Assembly (NCBI GenBank): GCA_963803435.1
Contig: CAWDML010000007.1
Span: forward strand, 448,001 to 512,000
Length of the DNA stretch: 64,000 bases
From: an uncultured delta proteobacterium
GTDB lineage: Bacteria > Myxococcota > Kuafuiibacteriia > Kuafuiibacteriales > Kuafuiibacteriaceae
Reading direction: 5' to 3'
This document shows positions 19,638 to 30,377 of the stretch, piece after piece. Positions within the stretch are counted from its first letter, which is position 1; the number at the start of each line of letters is the position of its first letter. The position numbers were made by a program, and so were the translations under genes. The notes under the pieces are model-generated. The model saw only the letters and a program-made list of their open reading frames with translations, was not told the DNA's origin and ran no database searches.

Positions 19638-19688
19638 CGTCCGTCCCTTGCGGCTCCCGCCGAAGTATGCTTGGACATCCAACTATTC

Positions 19689-21197
19689 ATGTGCGGTTTC
19701 GCAGCCTACTTTGGCCCTGACGCCGATGCGCACGCCTCCGAGGTTCAGAGCAACGCGGCGAGGGTCCGCCACCGCGGTCCGGACGACTCGGGGGTCCATC
19801 GAACGCCGGGCGCCGTCCTGGCCCACCGCCGGCTCTCGATCGTCGATCTCTCCGGTGGCCGACAGCCGTTGCTCGGCGAGGACGGCTCGGTCTCTCTGGT
19901 CTGCAACGGCGAGATCTACAATCACGCTGCTTTGCGCAGCGAGCTGGAGGCGCACCACGTCTTCAAGACCCGCTCGGACTCCGAGGTGATCGTCCATGGC
20001 TACGAGGACGCCCGCGCCGACTGCGTCTCCCGTCTCGACGGGATGTTCGCGTTCGTGGTCAACGGATCCTCGGGCTTCCTGGCGGCCCGCGATCCGCTCG
20101 GGATCAAGCCGCTCTACCTGGCGCGCAGCCTCGACGGCGGGTACTGGTTCGCCTCCGAGCTCAAGTCGCTCCCCGCCAGCGCCACCGAGATCGAGGCGCT
20201 GCCGCCCGGCGCTCTCCTGACCGAGGACGGCCAGGTCCACCGCTGGTTCTTCCCGACGTGGTCGGCACCGCCGAAGACGCCCGTTTCGCCGGACCTCCCT
20301 GTGCTCGCCGAGAAGCTCGACGTGGCCGTGCGAAAGCGGATGATGAGCGACGTCCCCGTCGGCGTCTTCCTCTCGGGGGGCCTCGACTCCAGCGTCATCG
20401 CGGCGCTCGTGCGCCCGTACGTCGACGATCTCCACAGCTTCGCCGTCGGCGTGGAGGGCTCCTCCGATCTCGAGGCGGCGCGACGCGTCGCGGCACACCT
20501 GCAGACGCACCACCACGAGTACGTGTACACGGCGGCAGAGGCGGCCAGCGTGCTCGAGACGGTGATCGCGCACCTCGAGTCGTACGACCCGGCCCTGATC
20601 CGCAGCGCCGTCCCCTGCTACTTCGTATCGAAGCTGGCTGCAGAGTCCGTGAAGGTGGTCCTCACGGGCGAGGGCGCCGACGAGATCTTCGCCGGCTACG
20701 GCTATCTCGCCACGCTCCGCGATCCGATGCGCCTCCACGCCGAGTGCGCGCGGCTGCTGCTCGGCTTACACAACATGAACCTCCAGCGCGTCGATCGGAT
20801 GACCATGGCCCACGGCCTCGAGGGTCGAGTCCCGTTCCTCGACGTCGACTTTCTCGACTGGGCCATGGCGCTCGCGCCGCAAACCAAGCTGGGCGGGGAC
20901 AAGCGGCTGCTCCGGCAGGCGTTCGCGGCGAAGCTACCTCCGGAGATCGTGAGCCGCCCGAAAGAGGAGTTCGCAAGAGGGAGCGGAGCCGAGGCCCTCC
21001 TCGCGCACCACGGCGGGTCGGCTGTGACGGACGGCGAGCTGGCCCGCGCTACCGAACGCTTCCCCATCGACACGCCCTCGACCAAGGAGGCCTATCTATA
21101 CCGCCGCCTCTTCGAGGAGCGGTATCCCGGTGAGGCGCGCCGCCGCACCAATGCCACATGGCTGGGCGCGACCCCGAAGGAGGAGACAACGACATGA
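19689..21197 (+). CDS. asnB: Asparagine synthetase B-like glutamine-dependent amidotransferase
   Basis: Ntn MCG start, HRGPD, HRRLSIVD, NGEIYN, LSGGLDSS, GEGADE, RVPFLD. Confidence 0.88.
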   Translation: MCGFAAYFGPDADAHASEVQSNAARVRHRGPDDSGVHRTPGAVLAHRRLSIVDLSGGRQPLLGEDGSVSLVCNGEIYNHAALRSELEAHHVFKTRSDSEVIVHGYEDARADCVSRLDGMFAFVVNGSSGFLAARDPLGIKPLYLARSLDGGYWFASELKSLPASATEIEALPPGALLTEDGQVHRWFFPTWSAPPKTPVSPDLPVLAEKLDVAVRKRMMSDVPVGVFLSGGLDSSVIAALVRPYVDDLHSFAVGVEGSSDLEAARRVAAHLQTHHHEYVYTAAEAASVLETVIAHLESYDPALIRSAVPCYFVSKLAAESVKVVLTGEGADEIFAGYGYLATLRDPMRLHAECARLLLGLHNMNLQRVDRMTMAHGLEGRVPFLDVDFLDWAMALAPQTKLGGDKRLLRQAFAAKLPPEIVSRPKEEFARGSGAEALLAHHGGSAVTDGELARATERFPIDTPSTKEAYLYRRLFEERYPGEARRRTNATWLGATPKEETTT

Positions 21198-22492
21198 CGG
21201 TATTGGAGCCCACGGGCGAGGGTGCCCGCACGTATGCCGACAGCGTCGCCCGCGGCTTCTATGGCAAGAACATGGGAGGGCTCTTCGGCAAGTACGACAA
21301 CGTGAGAGCCTACTGGGAGGACGCCCTCACCCGCGTCGCGCTCCGTCCGTTCGTCCGTGATCGCGTGGAGGCCTGCCGCACCGCCGGTCGCGGCGTGCGC
21401 GTCCTCGATCTCGGCTGCGGCGCCGGTCAGGGATACGAGCTCCTGACTCGCATCGATCGCAGCGACCTCGACCTGTCCGGCGAGCACAAATACGTCCTGC
21501 GCGGACAGGACATCGCGTGCTATCTCGGGCTCGATCTGAGCGAGGCGATGCTGGAGCAGGGACGCGAGAACTACGCCGGGGCCCCGGGCGTCCGCTTCCT
21601 CCAGCGCGACCTGCGCGAGGGCCTCGGAACCGCGCTGGACGAGCCGAGCTTCGACATCTACTTCTCCTCCTACGCCGCCCTCTCTCATCTCGAGGCGACA
21701 GCGCTCGTGCGATGCGTCGAGGAGATCACGCGACACGCTGGGCCGGGTTCCCTCCTGGTCCTCGATCTGGTGGGGCGGTTCTCACCCGAGTGGCCGGAAT
21801 ACTGGGACGCCCAGACCGAGGAGGAGAAGTTTCGACCGTACTCGATGAGCTATCTCTATCCTGAGCGGGCGAGGCAGAGCGGAGAGCTCGAATCGTTCTG
21901 CCTCCGCTTCTGGACCGGCGACGAGATCCGCAGCCTGGCCCGCGCAACCGGGGAGTCCACCGGCGTGCCCATTCATGTCCTCGAGCTCTTCGATCGATCG
22001 ATCTTCGTCGGACGCCATGTCGACACGAACGAGTACGGTACCTGGCTACCGCCCCTTCGCAGCCTGGTGAATCGGTTGTATGAGCACAGCGTGAGGACCA
22101 AGCTCGAGCACCTGCGGGTGACCTACACCCCCGTGCCGGGCGCGGCCGCGCTCAACCGGATCTTCACGCGGCTGGGTCGCTGCTGGAACGTCGTGGTCGA
22201 CTTCACGATCGAGCGTCTTCAGGGCAGACGGATCAACCTGGTGGAGATGGAAGGCTGGCGCGAGTTTCCTCCGCCGCTCCAGATGGCGCTGGTCACGATG
22301 GATCGGCTCGTCGACAGCGTCGCATGGATCGACGTGGGAGACGTGCGCGCCAACGTGCTCGAACCGCAGCTCGCCTACGTGCTCCGGCGCATGGAGTACC
22401 AGATCCAGGAGGGTCGCGGGTGCGGGCATGGGTTGATCGCGCTTCTTCAGGTGGGCGGCTCGCCGCCTCCCGACCCAGCGTTCCCAACATGA
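21194..22492 (+). CDS. Class I SAM-dependent methyltransferase with long C-terminal extension
   Basis: VLDLGCGAG, GLDLSEAML; RBS AGGAG; ATGA overlap with the asnB stop. Confidence 0.85.
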   Translation: MTVLEPTGEGARTYADSVARGFYGKNMGGLFGKYDNVRAYWEDALTRVALRPFVRDRVEACRTAGRGVRVLDLGCGAGQGYELLTRIDRSDLDLSGEHKYVLRGQDIACYLGLDLSEAMLEQGRENYAGAPGVRFLQRDLREGLGTALDEPSFDIYFSSYAALSHLEATALVRCVEEITRHAGPGSLLVLDLVGRFSPEWPEYWDAQTEEEKFRPYSMSYLYPERARQSGELESFCLRFWTGDEIRSLARATGESTGVPIHVLELFDRSIFVGRHVDTNEYGTWLPPLRSLVNRLYEHSVRTKLEHLRVTYTPVPGAAALNRIFTRLGRCWNVVVDFTIERLQGRRINLVEMEGWREFPPPLQMALVTMDRLVDSVAWIDVGDVRANVLEPQLAYVLRRMEYQIQEGRGCGHGLIALLQVGGSPPPDPAFPT

Positions 22493-23253
22493 TCGAGGTC
22501 GAAGCCCTCACCAAGCGCTACGGCTCCACGGCAGCCGTCGACGACCTGTCGCTCACGGTCCCGCGCGGTGAAGTGCTAGTGCTCCTGGGCGGCTCAGGCT
22601 CGGGCAAGACGACGTTCCTCAAGATGATCAACCGGCTGATCGAGCCCACCTCGGGGAAGATCAAGATCGACGGCGAGGACGTGACCGAGCTCCCCGCCCA
22701 TCTCTTGAGGCGTCGCATCGGCTACGTGTTTCAGAAGGTCGGACTGTTCCCGCATATGACGATCGCCCAGAACATCGCGGTGCCGCTGACACTGATCGAC
22801 GCCGAGCCCGATCGGATCGAGCGGCGCATCGACGAGCTCCTCGATCTGGTCGAGCTGGAGCGTTCGGTCCGCGTCCGCCGTCCCGCCAAGCTCTCGGGAG
22901 GACAGCAGCAACGCGTCGGCGTGGCCCGGGCCCTGGCCGCGGAGCCCCAGCTGATGCTCCTCGACGAGCCGTTCGGTGCGCTCGACCCCATCACGCGCGA
23001 TCGCCTCCAGCAGTCGTTCATCCGCATCAGGCATCAGCTGGGCTTGACCGCGATCTTCGTCACGCACGACATGGTCGAGGCGATCCTGATCGCTGATCGG
23101 ATCGCGGTCATGAGAGACGGCCACCTGGAGCAGATCGGCACACCGCGCCAGCTGATCGAGAAGCCCGCCAACGCGTACGTCGAGCAGCTCCTGGAGACGC
23201 CGAAGCGCCAGGCGCGCGCGTTCGAGGCGCTCCTCGACGGGGAGCCGGCGTGA
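22489..23253 (+). CDS. Osmoprotectant-type (OpuCA/ProV-like) ABC transporter ATP-binding protein
   Basis: [46 protein letters not shown]; ATGA overlap. Confidence 0.9.
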   Translation: MIEVEALTKRYGSTAAVDDLSLTVPRGEVLVLLGGSGSGKTTFLKMINRLIEPTSGKIKIDGEDVTELPAHLLRRRIGYVFQKVGLFPHMTIAQNIAVPLTLIDAEPDRIERRIDELLDLVELERSVRVRRPAKLSGGQQQRVGVARALAAEPQLMLLDEPFGALDPITRDRLQQSFIRIRHQLGLTAIFVTHDMVEAILIADRIAVMRDGHLEQIGTPRQLIEKPANAYVEQLLETPKRQARAFEALLDGEPA

Positions 23254-24766
23254 AGGAGCAGCTCGCCCTTCTACCCGAATACGCGACCGCCCATCTCCAG
23301 CTGACGCTGGCGGCTCTCTTGCTCGGGATCGCGATCAGCGTTCCGCTGGGCGTGCTGGTCGCGCGCGTGCGGTGGCTCGAGCAGCCGATCCTCGGCACGG
23401 CCAGCGTCGTCCAGACCATCCCCAGCCTCGCGCTGCTGGCCGTGATGGTGCCGATCCTGGCGGCGATGCACCTGCAGAGCATCGGCTACCTCCCCGCCTT
23501 CGTCGGGCTGGTCCTCTACAGCATGCTCCCGATCCTGCGGAACACGCTGACCGGATTGGCCACCGTCGATCCGGCGATCATCGAGGCCGCCCGCGGCGTC
23601 GGCATGACGCCCCGCCAGCAGCTGATCCGCGTCTCGTTGCCGCTGGCGATGCCGGTGATCATCGCCGGCATCCGGACCTCGACGGTGTGGACGGTGGGCA
23701 TGGCGACGCTCTCGACTCCAGTCGGCGCCACCAGCCTCGGCAACTACATCTTCAGCGGCCTCCAGACGCGGAACTTCGATGCGGTGCTCGTCGGATGCCT
23801 GGGCGCCGCCGGGCTCGCGCTCTTGCTCGACGGGCTGGTGCGGATGGTCGCCGTCGGGCTCGAGCGACAGCGCCCCTTGATCCTTCGGACCGCGATGGCG
23901 GGCCTCGCCCTCCTGTTTCTCTACACGGGCGTGTCGATGGCTCGGGAGCTGGTACCGTCCGAACAGCGCCGGATCGTCGTGGGCGCCAAGACGTTCACCG
24001 AACAATACATCCTGAGCGACATCATCGCCGACCGGATCACCGACGAGACCGGCCTCCCCTGTCAAACCGTCCAATCGCTGGGCTCGATGGTGGCGTTCGA
24101 CGCCCTGACGTCCGGAGAGATCGACGTCTACGTCGACTACTCCGGGACCATCTGGGCCACCATCATGCATCGCGACACCACGCCGCAGAACCGGGCGGGC
24201 GTGGTCCGGGAGGTCGAGCAGTATCTCGCCGAGCACCACGGGGTGAAGGTCGTGGGGAGCCTCGGCTTCGAGAACGCCTACGCGCTGGCGATGACGCGCG
24301 CCCGGGCCGAGAGCTCGGGATCCGGACGGTGAGCGACCTTTCTCGATATGCGGGACAGATGTCGATCGGCGCCGATTACGAGTTCTTCGGGCGCGCCGAG
24401 TGGCGATCGATCCGCGACGTCTACGGCCTCGAGTTCGCCGGCCAGCGGAGCATGGATTCGTCGCTGATGTATCTCGCGGTCGCCCAGGGGACCGTCGACG
24501 TGATCAGCGCGTTCTCGACCGACGGCCGCATCGCGGCGCTCGACCTGGTGGTGCTCGAGGACGATCGCGGCGCGATCCCGCCCTACGACGCGCTCATCCT
24601 CTCCAGCGCACGACTGGCTGAGCGCTTTCCTCGCGCCCTCGAGGCCCTCGAGGGCCTGATCGGCAGGATCGACGACGACGAGATGCGACGCTTGAACCAG
24701 GCCGTGGATCAAGGCGGCCAGAGCCCCGCGACGGTGGCGCGCACGTTTCTCACCGGCGCGAAGTGA
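23250..24766 (+). CDS. Fused permease/substrate-binding protein of a quaternary-amine ABC transporter, frameshifted near 24317
   Basis: QTIPSLALL, EAARGVGM, GAKTFTEQYIL, YVDYSGT, ENAYAL; continues in the alternative frame LGIRTVSDL..EFFGRAEW..TDGRI..PPYDA to TGA 24766. Confidence 0.85.
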
Positions 24767-24891
24767 GACGTGGGTTGACGCGGAGCCCTCGATCCTCGAC
24801 AGTCGAATTGGGTGCACCGCGTTCTCTTCGCGGATGCAGGCTGAAATAGGATGGTCGGGCCGCCATCCTCCAAGGGTGCTTGGAGGGTGCC

Positions 24892-25227
24892 ATGATCGAC
24901 TCTCGTCCAACCAAAGACTCCCACTCCAGCGTGGTCGCAGCGCTGCTCCGTCTCTTCTGGATGCTCCTCGGCTACGCCGTCATCGTGCTGCTGTCGCTGA
25001 TCATCGTCGTCGACTCCGAAGGCGGGTTCAGCTGGCGCGACATCGCGGTGGGCGCGGTCGGCCTCGCGATCATCGCGGCCCGCTACGTCGACATCGCACG
25101 GTACCGAGGCGACACCGCCGAGGGCACGCCGGCCACCATGGAGCACTTCCGGCGCTACGCGACGCGGGTGGCGGTGGGGACCCCGGCCGTGTGGGGCGTG
25201 GCCCACCTGCTCGCCGGCCTGGACTGA
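24892..25227 (+). CDS. Small membrane protein
   Basis: RBS GGAGG; three hydrophobic segments. Confidence 0.65.
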   Translation: MIDSRPTKDSHSSVVAALLRLFWMLLGYAVIVLLSLIIVVDSEGGFSWRDIAVGAVGLAIIAARYVDIARYRGDTAEGTPATMEHFRRYATRVAVGTPAVWGVAHLLAGLD

Positions 25228-25239
25228 CGGGCGCCTTCG

Positions 25240-26592
25240 ATGCTGCGGTGCGACAAAAGGCCGCACCGCTTGAACGATCGGCCCCGGACCGCCGAGACTC
25301 CGGCCATTCCCGTCGACGCGCACATCGGTCTGCTCTGGTTGATCCGACTGCGGTGGGGCGCGGTCGTGTGCCAGCTGGCGGCCCTCGCGATCGCCCAATC
25401 GCTCTTCGCGATGGAGATCCACACGACGCTGATCGGCGTGCTGATCGCGGTGACGGCGCTGTCGAACCTCGGCCTGGACGCCCTCCGCCGGCGCGGGCGC
25501 GCGACCGGCGATCGGATCATCGCGGCGGTCCTCACGGTCGACTCGCTCGCGCTCACCGCGCTCCTGATGGCCTCGGGCGGCGCGGCCAACCCGTTCTCCG
25601 TCCTCTACCTGGTTCACGTCACGCTGGCGGCGGTGCTCCTCCCGATGAGCTGGACCTGGCTCCTGGTCGCGCTCTCCGCCGGCGGCTTCGCCCTTCTGTT
25701 CGCGGTGAGCGACGCGACTCCGCACGTGCACGATCCCTACGGCTCGCATCTACAGGGCATGTGGATCGCGTACACGGCCGCGGCGATCGTCATCGCCTAC
25801 TTCGTCGGGCGCCTGTCGCTGGCGCTCCGAGCGCAGGAACAGGAGCTCGCGGTCGTGCGCGAGCACGCGCTGCGCAACGAACGTCTGGCGGCGCTCACGA
25901 CGCTGGCCGCCGGGGCCGCGCACGAGCTCAGCACGCCGCTCTCGACGATCGCGGTGGTGGCCAAGGAGATCCAGCGCAAATGCGAATCGATCGAGGCCGA
26001 CGAGAGCCTGCGCGAGGACGCACGCCTGGTCCGCGACGAGCTCGATCGCTGTCGTGCGATCCTCGAGCAGATGAACGCGGGTGCCGGCACGAGCGTGGGT
26101 GAGTCGGAGAGCGAGATCTCGATCGACCGCTTCCGCGCGATGCTCGAGACCCAGCTGGGGGCCCGCTCCGATCGCGTGGTGGTGGTCCGGAGCGGAGCCC
26201 GCGAGTCGATGATCGTGACTCCGCACTCGCTGACGCGGATCCTGACCAACCTGGTCTATAACGCGCTCGACGCCAGCGCGAGCGACACCGAGGTCACCGT
26301 CGAGATCCGCGGTGAGCCCGAGCGGGTGGTGTTCCTGGTCAAGGATTGCGGCACGGGCATGTCGGAGGAGGTGCTCAGCCGGGCGATGGAGCCCTTCTTC
26401 ACCACGAAGGAGCCAGGACGCGGCCTCGGCCTGGGCCTGTTCCTCGCCAAGTCGTTCGCCGATCGGATCGGTGGTCGGCTCGCGCTCGAATCGAGCAGCG
26501 CCGGAACGCTGGCCACGCTCGAGCTTCCCCACCCGCCTGCGGCGGACGACCGCCCTGCGCTGCCAGTGATCGAAGGGGCCGCCGAGGGATGA
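25240..26592 (+). CDS. RegB/PrrB-like sensor histidine kinase
   Basis: LIRLRW, SGGAANPF, H-box AAHELSTPL, DRCR, NALDA, EPFFTTK, GLGL. Confidence 0.88.
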   Translation: MLRCDKRPHRLNDRPRTAETPAIPVDAHIGLLWLIRLRWGAVVCQLAALAIAQSLFAMEIHTTLIGVLIAVTALSNLGLDALRRRGRATGDRIIAAVLTVDSLALTALLMASGGAANPFSVLYLVHVTLAAVLLPMSWTWLLVALSAGGFALLFAVSDATPHVHDPYGSHLQGMWIAYTAAAIVIAYFVGRLSLALRAQEQELAVVREHALRNERLAALTTLAAGAAHELSTPLSTIAVVAKEIQRKCESIEADESLREDARLVRDELDRCRAILEQMNAGAGTSVGESESEISIDRFRAMLETQLGARSDRVVVVRSGARESMIVTPHSLTRILTNLVYNALDASASDTEVTVEIRGEPERVVFLVKDCGTGMSEEVLSRAMEPFFTTKEPGRGLGLGLFLAKSFADRIGGRLALESSSAGTLATLELPHPPAADDRPALPVIEGAAEG

Positions 26593-27140
26593 CAGCCCAC
26601 GAGGAGCGACGATCGATCTTGATCGTGGACGACGACGAGATCTTCCGGACCCGATTGGTGCGGGCCTTCAGCGATCGCGGCTGGGACGCCGGCAGCGCCC
26701 ACGACTTCGACTCCGCCGTCCGCAGAGCGTCGGAAGAGAGCCCCGAATATGCGGTCGTGGATCTCAAGATGCCGGGGAAGAGCGGACTCGACCTGGTGCT
26801 CGAGCTGAAGAAGATCGACCCCACCACAATCGTCGTCGTGCTGACGGGCTACGGCAGCATCCCCACGGCGCTGGAGGCCGTGCGGCTGGGCGCGGTCCAC
26901 TATCTCACCAAGCCCGCCGACGTCGACGACATCATCGCCGGCTTCGCACGCGGCGAGCTTCCGCCGGATCACCCACCGGAGATCCCGACGTCCGTGCCCT
27001 CGCTGGCGCGCGTCGAGTGGGAGCACATCCAGCGGGTGCTCGCCGACTGCAACGGCAACATCTCGATGGCCGCGCGCCTGCTCGGCATGCACCGGCGGTC
27101 GCTGCAGCGGAAGCTCTCGAAGAACCCGGTGTCGACGTAG
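26589..27140 (+). CDS. RegA/PrrA-like response regulator
   Basis: VDDD, DLKM, LTGYGSI, SLARVEWEHIQRVL, GNIS..ARLLGMHRRSLQRKL; ATGA overlap. Confidence 0.92.
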   Translation: MTAHEERRSILIVDDDEIFRTRLVRAFSDRGWDAGSAHDFDSAVRRASEESPEYAVVDLKMPGKSGLDLVLELKKIDPTTIVVVLTGYGSIPTALEAVRLGAVHYLTKPADVDDIIAGFARGELPPDHPPEIPTSVPSLARVEWEHIQRVLADCNGNISMAARLLGMHRRSLQRKLSKNPVST

Positions 27141-27268
27141 GCGCCTGCACACCGTCTTGCCGCGGGCAAGAGAAAAGCCGGGAGCGGGAGGTGTCGCGCG
27201 TGTGACGGTCGCGTGAATTCGTCCCGGAGCGGCTGACTCGCACGAACCCGGCTGCAAAGTCGAGGTGA

Positions 27269-28660
<1,392 letters not shown>

Positions 28661-28723
28661 GGGTCCGCCTATCGCCCGATCTGATCGACGGAACGACCGC
28701 CCTCCTCCGCCGATACCGATGTC

Positions 28724-30352
28724 GTGCAGATCACGTCCGAGGTTTCTGCTGCGCGGACGCGCCTGGATCTAGCCTCCGACGGACCGAAGGCACGGACCGC
28801 CGAGACCGTCTTGCCGGAGCTCCGGTCGGGCTATCGAGGCTCCCCTTCTGTGCCCAACCTCGGCCTCAAGCCGCACCAGCGGGCCGGGCGGATCATCCTC
28901 CCGGCGCGGGCAGAGCGGCCTCCGGCGCGCGACTTCCTCGCCGCGGTCCTCGCCCACTTCGAAGCCTCCGCCGCTCGGCTGCGCCTTCAGGCGCCGATCC
29001 GCGACCGGATCGCGACGCCCGAGCATGTCACCACGGTTCACTTCACGGTGAGGATGGACGACGGCTCGGACCGCCCGCTGGTCTTTCGCCGGGTTCGCCA
29101 ATCGACGGCCCTCGGGCCCGCCAAGGGTGGGATCCGCTGGGCCAAGGGCGCGGGAGAGAACGTGGTCCGCGCCCTCGCCTTCGAGATGCCGCTCAAGCCG
29201 TCCTTGTACGGGCTCCCGCTCGGCGGCGCCAAGGGTGGCATCGACATCGATCCGTCGGAGCTGTCGGTGCGCGAGTCGGCGGCGGTCATGCGAGGATCGA
29301 TCCGCGCCGCGATGGACGAGGTATGGCGGAGCGAGGGCGCGCTCGCGTTCGGACCGAAGACCGACGTCCCGGCGCCGGACGTGGGCACCTCGCATCCCGA
29401 GATCAACCTCATGGATCTGGCGGTCGACGAGTACCTGGGCTGGCTCGTCGACAACCAGCGAGGTGAAGCCGACGGCTTCGTCGTACCGGCCGAGCTGACC
29501 GACGTGAAGCCCGGCGCCGAGACCGAGACGCCGTACCTCGACCGCTACCTCCAGCTCTTCGAGCAGGGGAAGATCGACAACCTCGGGCTGATCGCCACCT
29601 TCACCGGCAAGAGCGTGGACAAGGGCGGATCGCTCGGTCGTACCGCCGCCACCGGCCTGGGTGTGGCGTACGCGACGATCGAGATGCTCAAGCACGACGG
29701 CCGCCTGCCGCCGGACGCGCAGCGCTTCACCGGGCAGACGGTGGCGGTGCAAGGCTTCGGCAACGTGGGGCTGGGTGCTCTGAAGGCGTTCGTCGAGCTG
29801 GACGCCCGCGTCGTCGCGCTCCAGGAGTTCGACGGATCGCCGTACGCGCTCTACCGCCCGGGCGGCTTCGACCGAGAGACGATCGACGAGATGATCGCCT
29901 TCAAGAAGGCGCACGGCACGCTCCGCGGCTTCCCGGGCGCGGAGGTGCTCCGCCCGGCGGCTTTCTGGAAGCTGCCGGTCGACGTGCTGGCGCCGTGCGC
30001 GAAGGAAAACGAGCTCACCGAGACGATCGCCCGGACGCTGGCCGCGCCCTACGTGACCGAGGGCGCCAACGGCCCCACGGCCGAGGGTGCCGATCGGCGC
30101 CTCGAGCGACGGGGCATCACCGTGCTTCCGGACATTTTCGCGAACGCCGCCGGCGTCATCGTCAGCTGGTTCGAGATGCTCCAGAACATGCGCGGCGAGC
30201 GCTGGTCGCTGGAGCGCGTGATGACCGAGCTCCACGAGCAGATGTCCCTGGCGTTCCATGCGCTTGCAGAGGTTCGGGACCAGGGCCAGGTGACGTTCCG
30301 CGAGGCGGCCTTCGATCGCGCGGTGCACGGCCTGGCCGCCGCGCTCGTGTAA
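28724..30352 (+). CDS. Glu/Leu/Phe/Val dehydrogenase with N-terminal extension
   Basis: GPAKGGIR, GGAKGG, DVPAPDVGT, TGK..GGSLGRTAATG, VQGFGNVG, EGANGP, NAAGVIVSWFE. Confidence 0.88.
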   Translation: MQITSEVSAARTRLDLASDGPKARTAETVLPELRSGYRGSPSVPNLGLKPHQRAGRIILPARAERPPARDFLAAVLAHFEASAARLRLQAPIRDRIATPEHVTTVHFTVRMDDGSDRPLVFRRVRQSTALGPAKGGIRWAKGAGENVVRALAFEMPLKPSLYGLPLGGAKGGIDIDPSELSVRESAAVMRGSIRAAMDEVWRSEGALAFGPKTDVPAPDVGTSHPEINLMDLAVDEYLGWLVDNQRGEADGFVVPAELTDVKPGAETETPYLDRYLQLFEQGKIDNLGLIATFTGKSVDKGGSLGRTAATGLGVAYATIEMLKHDGRLPPDAQRFTGQTVAVQGFGNVGLGALKAFVELDARVVALQEFDGSPYALYRPGGFDRETIDEMIAFKKAHGTLRGFPGAEVLRPAAFWKLPVDVLAPCAKENELTETIARTLAAPYVTEGANGPTAEGADRRLERRGITVLPDIFANAAGVIVSWFEMLQNMRGERWSLERVMTELHEQMSLAFHALAEVRDQGQVTFREAAFDRAVHGLAAALV

Positions 30353-30377
30353 CTTCGGACACATCAGTCTCCGACGA

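Noticed and set aside
19689-22492. NAGGN synthesis or lasso peptide cluster
   Set aside because: No Ngg-type acetyltransferase, lasso precursor or B-protein; the AsnB retains its glutaminase domain
28690-30377. Sigma28-like promoters upstream of the leader-bearing genes (GCCGATAC at 28709; TAAC-N16-TCCGACGA at 30350)
   Set aside because: Matches are partial and inconsistent, and GCCGATAC also occurs at a non-promoter position (14460)
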